DNA of 64,000 nucleotides from an uncultured Alphaproteobacteria bacterium (GCA_963745785.1 CAVUYV010000054.1:53672-117671); one strand, 5' to 3'; counted from the stretch's first letter, positions 30,772 to 42,772 are shown. Program-made: numbers and translations. The notes: generated by a model from the letters alone, not told the origin.

Positions 30772-32426
30772 TTACCGCCCGAAAAATCCGGGGGCCCACG
30801 CCGACGGTCCGACATTACCCGGCGGGCGCGGAACGTTGGCCGGCGGCGGTCGCACTATGTTTCCAAAAAAGTCCCGCTGTGCCGGTGCACTGGATTGGAC
30901 CGGACGAGGCTTTTTCGGCTTCGGGGTCGCGTTGGGTGCCGCCGCCGTTCCGTCAGGCGAAACGGATGCCGATGGCGTTTCGCCCTTGGCCTGTTCGCGT
31001 CCAACTTCGCGGCGCGGCCAGGCGAAATCATCGGCGCGGCCGGCGGGCGGCGCGAGCGGCTCGCCCTTGACCAGCGTGCGCGCGGCGAGCGCATCGACCG
31101 CGGCCGGGCGCGAGCCCGGGCCGCCGAGCAATTGATCGGTGCCGACCGAGGATGCCACCAGCGGCAGGATCGGTCCGGCCAGCGGACGCGGCGCCGGCTG
31201 TCCCGGCAGCGCATTGGCGTCGGGCGTTGCCGGCTCGGTCGGCAGCGCAATCGGCGCGGAGCGGCCCGCGAGCAGCCGCGTGATCTCGCGCTCGACATAA
31301 TGCGCGAGCTTGCGCGCGCCGGGCCTGGTGAAATACACGCCGTCGTAGGAACGCAGCTGTCGGATCTGGCCCTCGAAGTCGGGGCCCTTCTGCAGGAAGC
31401 GCCCGGCCTCGTCGACAAATCCATCCCAGACATCGACATAGGTGATGCCGGCCTTGCTGGCGGCCTCGCGATACAGCGAATCCAGGAACAACATGTCCGC
31501 CGTTGCCTTGGCGCCGCGCAACGCGGGCAGGCCAACCCAGAGCACCGGAACGCCCTTGGATTTCAGGACGCCGATCATCTCGTCGATTTTCCTGGTGTAG
31601 AGTTCGACCCAGCGTTCCTCGCGAAACTCATAAAGGCCGTTCGGCGAGCGCGCGCTCTTCTCCGGCGTGGTGGCCGGCGGCGCATCGTTGTTGTCGGCGG
31701 CATCGTCCGGAGACAATTCGGTATCGACCGCCTTGTCCTCGGGCTTTGCGGCCGTATCGGCCGCGCCACCCGGCTTCGCGCCGGGTTTCGCGTCTCCGGG
31801 CTTGGCCTCCGGCTTGGCTTTGGCGTCCTTCTTGTCGCTCTTCTTGTCGGAGGGCTTGCTGTCCGGTTTTTCGACAACGGGCTCGCGTATCGCCATGCGG
31901 TCATTGAGCCCGAGCATCACGACGATGGCGTCCGGCTTTTCGGTGGCGAGAATGCCCCTGGCGGCGGCGGCCCAATCGGCCGGATCGCCCTTCGGCTGAT
32001 ATTTGAGGAGGCCGGAGACGGTCTTGTGCTTGCGGATCACGCCCATGTCGGGCCGCTCGGCATAGGCATCCTCGAGACCGTAGGCGAGCCACTCGGCCAT
32101 CGCATCGCCGAGCACCAGCACGTTGCGCTCCGGCACGGTCTCTCGTTTCTCCGGTGGCGGCGCCTTGGAAAAATCCTCTCGGATCACCTTTTTCGGCGCC
32201 TGCGTTGCTGCTGGAATGGCGCGAAAAAATCGCCGCCAAACCAGCCGCCGCCCCCGCCGCGCTGCGGCGCCCGCTGTCCACCGAAATTGCCGAAATTATT
32301 GCCGAAATTGAAGAACTGCGCCGAGGCCGGTCCGGCGATGCCGACCAGCAGCGCAAGCGCAACCGCCAGCGCGACCAGCGGGCCGGGCTCGGTGAAGGCG
32401 CGCAAGAAGGATTTTGTCTTTGGCAT
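30772..32426 (-). CDS. SGNH/GDSL hydrolase (DUF459-like), frameshift near 32185
   Basis: Signal peptide ORF 32184-32426; VLVLGD, MLGLND, WVGLP, DGVYFT. Confidence 0.78.
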
Positions 32427-32544
32427 GCGGCTCGGCCGTAATGGATGGCAATCACTATTATAGCGGAATCAGGCCGCAAGCGGGCAGATTCCTCACCATA
32501 AACCGGGCATCGGCCGCCGCCGTCAAGGTCGCTGCGGCGGCATT

Positions 32545-33973
32545 TTACCGTCCCCTGAGCCGTTCCAGCACGTCGGAGGAGGCAAATCCGTCCGCAGGCG
32601 CCCCGATCGAGGCCTGGAAGCCGCGCAGGGCCTCCCGCGTCTGGCCGCCGAGCTGGCCGTCGGGGGTGCCGCGGTAGAAGCCGCGCTGCGCCAGAAGCTG
32701 CTGCAGTTCCAGCCGCTCGGCGCGCGTCAGTTCCCGTTCCTGCCGTGGCCAGGGCTGCACGAACGGCGCGCCGCCGCGCAAGCGGTCGGCGAAGTGGCCG
32801 ATCGCCAGCGCGTAAGCCTCCGCCGGATTGTATTTCATGATCACCCGGAAATTCTGCAGCATCAGAAAACCCGGGCCCTCGGCGCCGGCGGGCGCCAGCA
32901 GATAGGCCTTGTCGCCCGGATGGGGAAAAGGTTGTCCGCCGGCGCGCTTCAGGCCGAGATGCTCCCATTGCGCCGTTGTCATCGCCTTCGCCCGGTCCGC
33001 CAGCATGTAGTTGAAGCCCGGGGGCACCACGACCTCGTAGCCCCAGCTCTGGCCGGGCTGCCAGCCGTCCTTTTTCAGATTGTTGGCGGTCGACGCGATC
33101 AGGTCGGCGGGATTATCGACCACGTCGCGGCGGCCGTCGCCGTCGGCATCCACGGCGTAGCGCTTGAAGGCGGTCGGCATGAACTGCGTGGGCCCGAACG
33201 CGCCGGCCCAGGAGCCGCGCAGCTGCTCCGGGCGCAAATCGCCGCGGTGCAGGATTTCCAGCGCCGAGAGGAATTCGTCCTTGAAATATTTCTGGCGGCG
33301 GCCGATGCAGGAAAGGGTTGCGGTGGATTGCAGCACGCTGCGATCGCCCATCTGGGTGGAGTAGTTCGAACTCGATGCCCCAGATCGCCGCGATCGTGTA
33401 GCGGTCGACGCCGTAGGCTTTTTCCACCGCGTCGAATTGCGGTTTGTATTTCGCCAGAATCTCGCGGCCCTTGGCGAGGCGGTTATCGTTGACCAGGATG
33501 TCGAGATAATCCCAGATCGACTTGGTGAATTCCGGCTGCGAATCCATCAAATCCATGATGCGCAGATCGGGCTCCAGCCCTGCGGTAAAGCGCTGAAAAC
33601 TTTGTTGCGAGATGTTGCGGCGGGCGGCGTCGGGCCACATCGAGGCGACGCAATTTTCGAAATTCGCCGCCGCTTCCCGGATCGCGCGCGCGGTCATCAG
33701 CGGATGGCCGGAGGCGCCGTCCTCGCCGCTCCAGGGCGGTGCCGGGCTGCTCGCGCCGGGCGCCGCTTGCGCCTGCGCCGAGGTGACGGGCCGCTGGGGC
33801 GGCGGAGCAATCCGGCTGCCTTTCGAAAGCGAGCCGGTGAAGATGTTGTCGAAAAGGCTTAAGGGTCCGCTGCTCGACGATTGCGCGCACGCCTCGCCGG
33901 ACAATAGCAGCGCTGCCGCGATCATGGCCGCGCCGGTCCGGCTGCTCGCCAATTGTTTTGTCCGTCGCGTCAT
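32545..33973 (-). CDS. Lytic murein transglycosylase (MltB-like) with peptidoglycan-binding domain, frameshift near 33365
   Basis: QPEF, AIWGIE, GSWAGAFGPTQFMP, YNPAEAYAL, DG.LG..TR.A. Confidence 0.88.
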
Positions 33974-34120
33974 GTCCCACCCCGCGCTGCCCAAGGATAT
34001 CCCGCTTCAGGAGGCCTCGTCGCGGTTTCAAATCGCTTAACAAAGGCGAGATTTTGGTGGTTGAAATTTTACTTTGCGATGGCGGGAAAGAAACGCGAGC
34101 GCTGCAACTGGCGAGGTCGG

Positions 34121-34222
34121 CTCTCTCGCCCCTTGTGGGGGAGAGCTGGAGAGGGGGTATCGCGAACTCCGGCGTCTGCGGCTTACCCCTCTCCCTAACC
34201 CTCCCCCACAAGGGGGGAGGGA
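34121..34222. repeat. Palindromic MITE-like repeat (CCCCTTGTGGGG...CCCCACAAGGGG type)
   Basis: CTCGCCCCTTGTGGGGGAGAG...CCCCTCTCCCTAACCCTCCCCCACAAGGGGGGAGGG. Confidence 0.7.
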
Positions 34223-34370
34223 ACAGACCTGGATGCGCTCGAGTTCCTGTACGCTTCACGATCCCTCTCGTGACCACACAACCGTCTTTGTTCCCGGCTG
34301 CAAACCGGCTACCAAAGCCCGGTCAAACGCCCCTTGCGCACGCTCTCTTAGAAGGCACCGCGACAGCCCC

Positions 34371-35255
34371 ATGAAAATCCGCAAAGCCGTCTTTCCGGTC
34401 GCCGGCCTCGGCACCCGCGTCCTGCCCGCCACCAAGGCGATGCCGAAGGAAATGCTGACCATCGTCGACAAGCCGCTGATCCAGTATGTGGTCGATGAGG
34501 CGAGGGAAGCCGGGATCGAGCATTTCATCTTTGTCACCGGCCGCAACAAGGGCGTGATCGAGGACCACTTCGACAGGGTGTTCGAGCTCGATGCCACGCT
34601 TGAAGCACGTGGCAAGAAGGCCGAGATGGAGATTCTGGCGCGCGACCAGCCCGAAGCCGGCGCCATGAGTTTCACGCGGCAGCAGGCGCCGCTCGGCCTC
34701 GGCCACGCGGTGTGGTGCGCCCGCGACATCGTCGGCGACGAGCCGTTCGCGGTGGTGCTGCCGGACGAACTGGTGCTGCACACGCCGGGCTGCCTCGCGC
34801 AGATGATCGAGGCCGCCAAAAAACTCGGCGACAAATCCAACCTGATCGCGGTGGAAGAAGTGCCGGCGCATCTCACCCATCAATACGGCATCTGCGGGGT
34901 CGGCAAGCGCCACAAGCACGGCAACATGTTCGAGGTCGACGGCATGGTGGAAAAGCCGGCCAAGGGCACCGCGCCGTCCAATCTGTCGATCACCGGGCGC
35001 TACATCCTGCAGCCGGAGATCTTCAGGATCCTGGAAACCCAGGAGCGCGGCGCCGGCGGCGAGATCCAGCTCACCGATGCGATGATCGGCCTTTCGAAAA
35101 CGCAAAGCTTCTACGGCGTCGAGTTCAAGGGCGAGCGGCACGATTGCGGCTCGAAGGCCGGTTTCCTCCGCGCCAACATCGCCTTCGCCATGGCGCGCGA
35201 CGACCTGCGCGACGGCTTGCGCGCCGAGATGAAGAAGTATCTGGATAACCCGTGA
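34371..35255 (+). CDS. galU: UTP-glucose-1-phosphate uridylyltransferase
   Basis: MKIRKAVFPVAGLGTR.LPATKAMPKEML, GLGHAV, VEKP, GEIQLTD. Confidence 0.96.
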   Translation: MKIRKAVFPVAGLGTRVLPATKAMPKEMLTIVDKPLIQYVVDEAREAGIEHFIFVTGRNKGVIEDHFDRVFELDATLEARGKKAEMEILARDQPEAGAMSFTRQQAPLGLGHAVWCARDIVGDEPFAVVLPDELVLHTPGCLAQMIEAAKKLGDKSNLIAVEEVPAHLTHQYGICGVGKRHKHGNMFEVDGMVEKPAKGTAPSNLSITGRYILQPEIFRILETQERGAGGEIQLTDAMIGLSKTQSFYGVEFKGERHDCGSKAGFLRANIAFAMARDDLRDGLRAEMKKYLDNP

Positions 35256-35500
35256 ACGATTACGACGCGCTGCGCGATTATCTGAAGAAACAGACGCTGC
35301 CGGAATTCGTGCTGAGCTTTGCGCAGATCGAGGAGATCATCGACGCCGCGCTGCCGCGCGCGGCGCACCGCGCCTCGTGGTGGGAGACGCTGCGCAGTCC
35401 GCAGGAAAAGATGCCGCAGCGCGAGGCGTGTCTTGCCGGCGGCTACATCGCCACCCGGCTCGCGGACGGCAAGAGCGTACGGTTCAAGCGGATGAAGTGA
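35252..35500 (+). CDS. Small conserved hypothetical protein
   Basis: GTGA overlap with galU; YDALRDYL..LSFAQIEEII..LP.AA..WW pattern. Confidence 0.7.
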   Translation: MNDYDALRDYLKKQTLPEFVLSFAQIEEIIDAALPRAAHRASWWETLRSPQEKMPQREACLAGGYIATRLADGKSVRFKRMK

Positions 35501-36544
35501 GGTCGCCTCGTTCAATCAACGTCGTCGCCCCGGCGAACGCCGGGGCCCATACCGCGTGATCTATCGACGAGGCAGGGTCACCGTCCGGTAGGTCGTGCGG
35601 CAGCACGGCCACACGCGGCGCATCGCGCGTCGTGGTGGGAGACGCTGTGTAGTCCGCGGGAAAAGATGCCACCGCCGCTTCGGTCCGATAGCGCGGGAGA
35701 TGATCCTCGAGCGAGTAGACAACGCAAAGCGCGAGGCTGGCCCAGACCGCCGCGCTGAAATAAAGCGACATCCAGGCGATCTCGTCCTTCCACTGGGCAA
35801 AGTCGTGCGTCACGACCCAACGCGTGCGCACATCATGGAAACCCTCCAGAGCTCCGAGCGGCTTGCTGCCATCGGCAAGGTCTGCTTGCCATCGGCTCAC
35901 ATACATCGGGACGTCGATGGTCATGAGAAAAGCCAGATAGGCAGCAATGCCTGATATCGCGATGGCGAGGACCACGCGAACCGGACCGTTGAACTCCGGC
36001 AGCAACCGGCAAAGGCCAATCCCGACCGCGAGGAAGGCAACGGCCCATATCGAATTTTCGATGGCGTTGCCCAGATAATTTTTGGTCAGCACCGCATACC
36101 ATGAGAAGCATTCCGCGATCAGGATCAGCGGTACCAGCAACCACGCGGCGTTCAAGGTGGTGTCTGCTGCCGTCATCGTGCCCAGCTGGTGCAGGATGAT
36201 CGCCCACTGCACCGCGAAGCAGATCTCGGCCACGGTTGCCACCGACCGGCCGACGACAACGCTCGACAGCCAGGTGTCGAACAGGCAGATCCGCTGAACA
36301 TCGGCGCGCGGAAGGAACGACCTGAATGCGCAGCCAAAAACATAGGCCGCACAGAGCAGCAGCATGAGCTCGATGCCGGGTGGGCTGCCGAGACTGCCAG
36401 TCGGCTGTTCGTGGAGATCGGCGGTACAGCAAGAACCAAACCGCGATATTCGCGCCGCTGACCAGGGTTAACACACCCCACCACCAGGCCAGGGGATTTG
36501 ACCATGCCAGGGAACTTGACTGCGCCCGCCATTCCAAACTCATG
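35484..36544 (-). CDS. Hypothetical multi-pass membrane protein, frameshift(s) near 36400
   Basis: YVFGCAFRSFLPRADVQRICL, EIAWMSLYFS; N-terminal part in another frame. Confidence 0.65.
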
Positions 36545-36746
36545 CAACGCTCCGCGTGTAACCCAATTGACATTTCACCGTGACAATTCTGTCACAAAGC
36601 GGGGCCAGTCGCGAGCGAGATTTGTGTGTCACAGGTGCTATCGGGCGCTGCCGGCATGTGATAGTGGCGCGTCTCAAGGCGCGCCGCCGCGCTATCGAAA
36701 GGAAGCGAGACAGATCGCGCCGGGCGGCAGAGTTTGGAGGCTCCCA

Positions 36747-37794
36747 TGAGCTGCTGCGATGAAACCACCGCCCGGGTGCCCGATACCGAGGTGTCCCGGC
36801 GCGCGCTGTTCAAGGGCGCGGCGCTGGTCGCAAGCGTCATTCCGGCGGCGCGGCCGACGGCGTCCGCAGGCTCAGGGCAAGCAGATCAAGCTCGCCTATT
36901 GCAGCCAGCTTCTGTGCGGCGTTCCGTACGAGGTCGCGCGATCGGCCGGCTACTTCAAGAATCACGGGCTCGACGTGCAGCTCGTCTACACCCGCGGCGG
37001 CAACGCCGCGATGCAGGCGCTGGTCGGCGGCGCCGTCGATTACGCCGCCACCGCGCTGGATGTCGCCATCCAGGCCTATGCCAATGTCGGCGCCGACATC
37101 CGCCGCTTCGCGGTCACCGGCCGCCTGCCGCTGTTCGCCGTCGTCACCGCTCCCAAGACCGCCGAGCCAGATTCAATCGATCAAGGATCTGGAGGGCAAG
37201 AACGGTCGGCGTCTCCGCGCTCGGCAATGCCGATCATGCGCTGACGCTCTATCTGTTGAAGCAGGCCGGCGCCGACGCCCAGAAGGTCCAGTTCGCGACC
37301 ATGGGCGTCAATTTGCTGGAAGCGTTGCGCCAGGGCCAGATCGACGCCGGCGTGGTGCAGGAGCCGGCGCTGACGCTGCTGCAGCGCGTCAGGCGCGCGC
37401 GTGCTGATGAACGCAATGGACCTTGAAGACGCCAAGCACTATCTCGGCGGCTCCTTCGAATTCATGGGCGTCGCGGTACGCGCCAAGGAGATCGAAGCAG
37501 CGCAAGCCGGAAATGATTGCGCTGACCAGGGCGCTGGCGGATGCACTCAAGGCGCTGCGCGGGATGACCGGCGAGCAGCTGGTCGCGGCGCTTCCCAAGG
37601 AGATGACGACCGGGCTCGACCTCAAGGAGTTCGGCGACATTATCGTGCAGCACCGCGACTCGCTCTACCCTGAAACGGTCAACATCGATCTCGAGGCGGC
37701 CAGGCGCGTCGAGCAGAGCCTGATCGCCGGCGGCCTCATCAAGTCCGGTGCGAGCATGTCCGGGCTGCACGACACGACGATCGCCGGGGGCTGA
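36747..37794 (+). CDS. NitT/TauT (SsuA-like) ABC substrate-binding protein with Tat signal; several frameshifts
   Basis: SRRALFK; GYFKNHGLDV, GGNAAMQALVGG, GQIDAG..QEP across ORF pieces. Confidence 0.78.
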
Positions 37795-38550
37795 AGCTGC
37801 GCGTCCGCGATCTGACCATTTCCTATGGCGGGGAGCCGGTCCTCGAAAGCAGTGAACCTCACGGTCGAGGAGGGCCGGTTCGTCAGTCTCGTCGGGCCTT
37901 CCGGCTCGGGCAAGTCGAGCCTGTTGCGCGCCGTGATCGGGTTGCAGCAGCCGCTTTCCGGCACGGTCGAGACCGAGCCTTGCGCGCTCGCGAGATCGGC
38001 CTCCTGTTCCAGGACGATGCCCTGCTGCCGTGGAAGACGGCGCGCGACAACGTGGCGCTCGGCCTCACCTTCAGCGGAATGGAGCGCAGGAAGGCGCTCG
38101 CCGAGGCGGAGGCCTGGCTCGAGCGGCTCGGCCTTGCCGGCTTCGGCGATCGCTTTCCCCGTCACCTGAGCGGCGGCCAGCGCAAGCGCGTTGCGCTGGC
38201 ACAGGTGCTGGCGATGAAGCCAAGGCTGATCCTGATGGACGAGCCGTTCGCCTCGCTCGATGCGATCGTGCGCGCCCGCGTGGTGAAGGACGTCGTCGCG
38301 CTGGTCGAGCGCGAGAGGATCAGCGTTCTCCTGGTGACCCACGATCTCGAAGAGGCGCTCAGCCTTTCCGACGAAGTCTATCTGCTGTCGCAGGGGCCGC
38401 GCGCGCGCATCATCGAGCATTACACGGTGCCGATTCCGCGGCCGCGCGATCCGGTCCATTCGCGCACGCATCCGGCCTTCGCGCCGCTCTACGAAAGGCT
38501 GTGGGCAGACCTGTCGCGCGAAGTCGATCATCGCGGCGGAGGCGGCATGA
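37791..38550 (+). CDS. ABC transporter ATP-binding protein; frameshifts
   Basis: [26 protein letters not shown]. Confidence 0.85.
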
Positions 38551-39307
38551 TGTTTCTCGATCCCCGCTATGCGTGGATGCGCCAGCTTGCCGCATTCGCG
38601 GTCCTGCTCGCGGTCTGGGAGGCGGCCGGCCGCGCCGGCATGCTCAATCCGATTGTATGCGCCGATCCCGAGCCGGATCGGCGCGGCGCTTGTCGAGTTG
38701 TTCTCCGACGGTCGCATCTGGCCACATCTCGACGCAACCTTCACCGCGGCGCTTGGCGGTCTCGCGCTCGGCATCGTCGTCGGCATTCTGCTCGGGGTCG
38801 CGGCGGCCCTGGTCGCCCTTGATCGCGGAGCTGCTCGAGCCGGTGATGACCGTTCTCAACGCCATCCCGCGCGTGGTGCTTGCGCCGCTGTTTGTGATCT
38901 GGCTCGGTATCGGACTGGCCTCCAAGGTGGCGCTGTCCTTCATCCTCGTGGCGGTGCTGATCTTCTCCACCGTTTTCACCGGAATCCGGCAGGTCGACCG
39001 CAGGCTGGTCGAGCGCGTCGTCACGCTGGGCGGCGATCGCTGGGCGCTGGTGCGCCACGTCTACCTGCCGTCGGTCGCGGCCTGGGTGCTCGGCAATCTG
39101 AAGGTCGCGGTCGGCTTTGCCTTCACCGGCGCCTGCGTCGGCGAGTTCGTGGCGGCAACCCGCGGCCTCGGCTATCTGTTGTCGTTTGCGCAGAGCACCT
39201 ACAACGCCGCGCTGATGTTCGCGCTGATTCTCCTGATCCTCGTGGTGGTGCTGCTGATCTTCGCTATCGCCGGCCGGCTCGAGAAATATCTGCTGCGCTG
39301 GAACTAG
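38547..39307 (+). CDS. ABC transporter permease (NitT/TauT); frameshifts
   Basis: NAIPRVVLAPLFVIWLGIG, VGEF...GLG. Confidence 0.85.
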
Positions 39308-39320
39308 ACGGATTCGCATC

Positions 39321-39366
39321 TGAAATTAGACGCCGTATTGCGCCGACCCGTTGGCTCGCAATGACG
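39321..39366. repeat. Internally deleted copy of the repeat at 44373-44536
   Basis: TGAAATTAGACGCCGT..ATTGCG joined to CGACCCGTTGGCTCGCAATGACG. Confidence 0.7.
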
Positions 39367-39388
39367 GTCTCCGGGGCGATATCGGCCT

Positions 39389-39562
39389 TCAACCAAATCC
39401 GCCTGGTGCGGGAATCGAGCCGATCGTCATCTCGATCCGTGCGGCCAACGACAGAAGCGAGCGGTCGGCGCCGGGCGCTGCCTCGATCTCGAAACCGACC
39501 GGAAGGTTCTCAGCCGACAGTCCCATCGGCATGGTGATAGCGGGAAGACCAGCACCGTTTGC
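39389..39562 (-). pseudogene. Amidase C-terminal remnant
   Basis: Hand translation GLPAITMPMGLSAENLPVGFEIEAAPGADRSLLSLAARIE resembles amidase-signature family C-terminus; no N-terminus. Confidence 0.6.
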
Positions 39563-39595
39563 GGGAAACTCCGGTCCTACACGCTAATTGAACCC

Positions 39596-40531
39596 TCAAG
39601 CCGTGGTTTCACGCCGCGTGAATTCAGCGGCATGGAGCTTCACGAAGTCGTGCATGCTCGTCGGCGTCTCGCCGGTGAGCTTGAACAAGTCGTCGTCATC
39701 CGGTCGTAGCGCCCCTGCTTGTGGAGATCGGTCATCACCGTGAGGTGGTTGACGACGTGCGCTGGCACCCCCGCCTCCCGAAGCTTTTCGCTCCACTCGG
39801 AAGCGGCACGTCGCGATAGCGGATCGTCCGGCCGAGCGCCTCGGAAAAGACGCGCGCATAGTGGTCTAGATCGGCCGATTCAGATCCGGTCAGATTGTAG
39901 ACGTGACCGATGTGCGGCGCCGGGTCGTCGAGGATCGCCGCTACGGCGCGCGCCACGTCGACAGCCGAGATCGGGCGAGGTCTTGCCGGCGCCCATCGGC
40001 AGCGCCAGCTCGTCGGCTTCCCGCACGCCCGCAGCGGCGAAAAGCAGAAAGAAGCCTTCGAGGAAGACCGTCGGCCGCACCGTGACGACCGGCAGCCCCG
40101 ACCATGAGAGTGCCTGCTCCGCCAGCCAGTGCAGCTTGTGCTGCGGGCTGTCGGTGGTCTCGGTGATGCTCATCTGCGTGACCGTCATCTGCGACATGTT
40201 CACGAAGGCCTCGACGCCGTGGTGGCGCGCCACCGCGGCGGTGTTGACCGTGGCTTCCAGATAGAGCCGCCGAGACCGACATGCCGAAATAGATGCGCGC
40301 GCAGCCTTCGATCGCGCGGTGCATCGAGGCGAGATCCGTCAGGTCGCCCTGCACGACCTCGGCGCCGAGCCGGCGCAGGGCTTCGGCGCGCTCGTCCTCC
40401 CGCCGGACCAGGGCGCGCACCTTGTGCCCCTTGGCGAGCAGCATTGCGGTGAGGTTGCGGCCGATGGCACCGATGGCGCCGGCCGCTCCGGTCACGAGGA
40501 TCGGGCTGTCATGTGCGGATTTCATCGTCAT
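39596..40531 (-). CDS. NmrA-like NAD(P)H-binding protein, multiply frameshifted
   Basis: ILVTGAAGAIG, EQALSWSGLP...RPTVF, YNLTG across ORF pieces. Confidence 0.75.
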
Positions 40532-40594
40532 ATCGCTTACCTTGAAGTTGCGTTCAGAAAGGTTGGGCAGGTGTTTGCCGAATGAATGGCGGGA

Positions 40595-41590
40595 TTACAG
40601 GACCTCGAGGATCCTCTCCACGTCGCTAGCCGCGCGCGACGCCTCAGCCTTCGGGTGCGCCGTGCGCTCATGGACCTGCGGCGCCGGCGTCCGATCGATC
40701 AGCAGGCTGAGCAGTTCGGGGCGGCTGTAATGACCACGCGCGTCCATGAATCTCTTGCGGGCGTCGATCTCGGCGAAATCGAGATCTGCGATTACCTCGC
40801 CCTCGCCGGCTTTGAGAGGCTCGCCGATGATCTGGCCGTCCGGGCTCACAATGGCAGTGAAGCAGCCGTCGGAGATCAGCCCGATAGGACCACCTGTATC
40901 CTTCGCGATCTGGGCCTGCTGGTCGGCATCGAGCCACGCCGTCGCGTTCACGACGAAGCAGGCGGATTCGAGAGCATGCTGGCGGATGCTGATTTCCATC
41001 TTCTGCGCAAACAGCGGGCCGTAAATCGATCCGGGATACATGGCCGAGTGAATCTGTTCGCCGTCGGCGATCAGCGCGTAACGCGCGAGCGGCAGGAAGT
41101 GCTCCCAGCAGGCGAGCTGGCCGATGCGCCCGACAGCGCTGTCGACGGCGCGCAGGCCCGAGCCGTCGCCTTGGCCCCAGACGATGCGCTCGCTATAGGT
41201 CGGCGTGATCTTGCGACGGCGCTGGATCAGCGTGCCGTCCGCGTCGAACAAAAGCTGAGTGTTGTAGATGGAGCCGCCATCGCGCTCATTGACGCCGATC
41301 GAGACGACCATGTTCGCCGCCTTCGCGGCCTCCCCGATCGCGTTGGTCTCGGCAGAGGGCACCGTGACCGACTCCTCGAGCAGACGCTGATGCTCCTTGC
41401 CCATGGCGTAGGGCGGCTGCAGGAAGCAGAAATAGGGGTAGTACGGGACCACCGTCTCGGGGAAGGTCGCGAACTGGACGCCCTGCTTGCCCAGCTCGCG
41501 GATCTTCTTCACGACCTTCTCGACGGTGCCGACGCGGCTGTATAGCACGGGGCTGATTTGCACGGCGGCGGCTTTGACGATGGTGCTCAC
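40595..41590 (-). CDS. Nitrilase (carbon-nitrogen hydrolase)
   Basis: Catalytic triad contexts FPET, RRKITPT, LACWEH; GHYSRPELL. Confidence 0.92.
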   Translation of the reverse strand: MSTIVKAAAVQISPVLYSRVGTVEKVVKKIRELGKQGVQFATFPETVVPYYPYFCFLQPPYAMGKEHQRLLEESVTVPSAETNAIGEAAKAANMVVSIGVNERDGGSIYNTQLLFDADGTLIQRRRKITPTYSERIVWGQGDGSGLRAVDSAVGRIGQLACWEHFLPLARYALIADGEQIHSAMYPGSIYGPLFAQKMEISIRQHALESACFVVNATAWLDADQQAQIAKDTGGPIGLISDGCFTAIVSPDGQIIGEPLKAGEGEVIADLDFAEIDARKRFMDARGHYSRPELLSLLIDRTPAPQVHERTAHPKAEASRAASDVERILEVL

Positions 41591-41672
41591 TGTAGTCTCC
41601 TGTCAGGTTGATGTTTCAGTCAGGAACCTTCGCGGTGTACGAGAAGGCAACGAAGTCAGAGGAGTTCTGGTC

Positions 41673-41850
41673 CTACTTCTCGATCGCAGCTTGCGGCGTA
41701 TTCCGAAAGCTGATCGCCATGCGGTTGTAGACGTTCATCAGGCTGATCGCGATCGTGAGGTCGACGAGCTCGCGCTCCTCGAACACGGCGCGGGCGGCCT
41801 GGTACGCCTGATCTGGAACACCGGTATCTGCGACGCGCGTCACGCGTTCT
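41673..41850 (-). pseudogene. Carboxymuconolactone decarboxylase/AhpD-family 3' remnant
   Basis: Hand translation VTRVADTGVPDQAYQAARAVFEERELVDLTIAISLMNVYNRMAISFR; 5' part absent. Confidence 0.65.
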
Positions 41851-41899
41851 CGTGTTTGCGCAAGTTGTAGCGAGGGGCCGGGATGGCACTCGAGAGCTT

Positions 41900-42656
41900 G
41901 CCCGACATGGCGAGGCGCGCCGTCTCATGACGATCCCACTCTGCCTTGTCCGCAAGCGATGGGATGGTCACGGTCTCGCCAAGGTCGAGACCCGGCCAGG
42001 GCGGCATCGACCATGTCGTCGGCTGACATCACGATCTGCGCCGGAAGCTGATGAACCGGCATGCCCGCGACGTCCCAGAATTCGGTGGCCGTGGCGCCCG
42101 GCAGCACCGCCTGCACGCGGATGCCCTTATCGGCGAGTTCGTGAACGAGCGAGTGGTTGAATGCGAGCACGAACGCTTTCGTGCCGCCATAGACACCGTT
42201 CAGCACCTCCGGCGCGATCGCGACAATCGACGAAATGTTGATGATCGTGCCGTGGCCGCGGGCAACAAATCCCGGGACCGCTGCATAGGTCAAGCGCGTC
42301 AGCGCAGTGACGTTCAGGCGGACCATGTCGTCCATCTTGTCGACGTCAGAAGCGACCAGCGGGCCTGCAGCGCCGACGCCTGCGTTGTTGACCAGCAGGG
42401 AGATGCCGGCGTTGGTCCGGAGGATGTCCTCAACGCGTTGCAGGTCTGCCGGTGAAGTGAGATCGGCTTCGACCGTCTCCACTTTGCGGCCGGTTTCGTT
42501 GGCAAGCCGGCGCGCCAGCGATGCGAGCCGCTGCTTGTTGCGCGCAACGAGAATGAGGTCGTGACCGCGCTTCGCCAGACGATCGGCGTAGATCGCACCG
42601 ATACCGGTTGATGCGCCGGTGATGAGGGCGGTGCCTTTGGCCTGGGTCGTATTCAT
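41900..42656 (-). CDS. SDR family oxidoreductase (3' end frameshifted or truncated)
   Basis: TGASTGIG, NNAG, YGGTK, PGATATEFW. Confidence 0.85.
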
Positions 42657-42750
42657 GTCCATCTCCGTTGTTGGCCGCATTCCGTTGCTCCGCCCTGATG
42701 AATAGGCCCTTCCGGAATTGATGGGTATCTGGCAAAATCGAGATGCATCC

Positions 42751-42765
42751 TTCCACGAAATGGAA
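42751..42765. promoter_or_regulatory. Candidate LysR binding palindrome
   Basis: TTCCA-cgaaa-TGGAA between divergent SDR and LysR genes. Confidence 0.5.
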
Positions 42766-42772
42766 GCATCCA

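Noticed and set aside
34074-34370. N-terminal extension of GalU
   Set aside because: Reads through a palindromic repeat; canonical start MKIRKAV is at 34371
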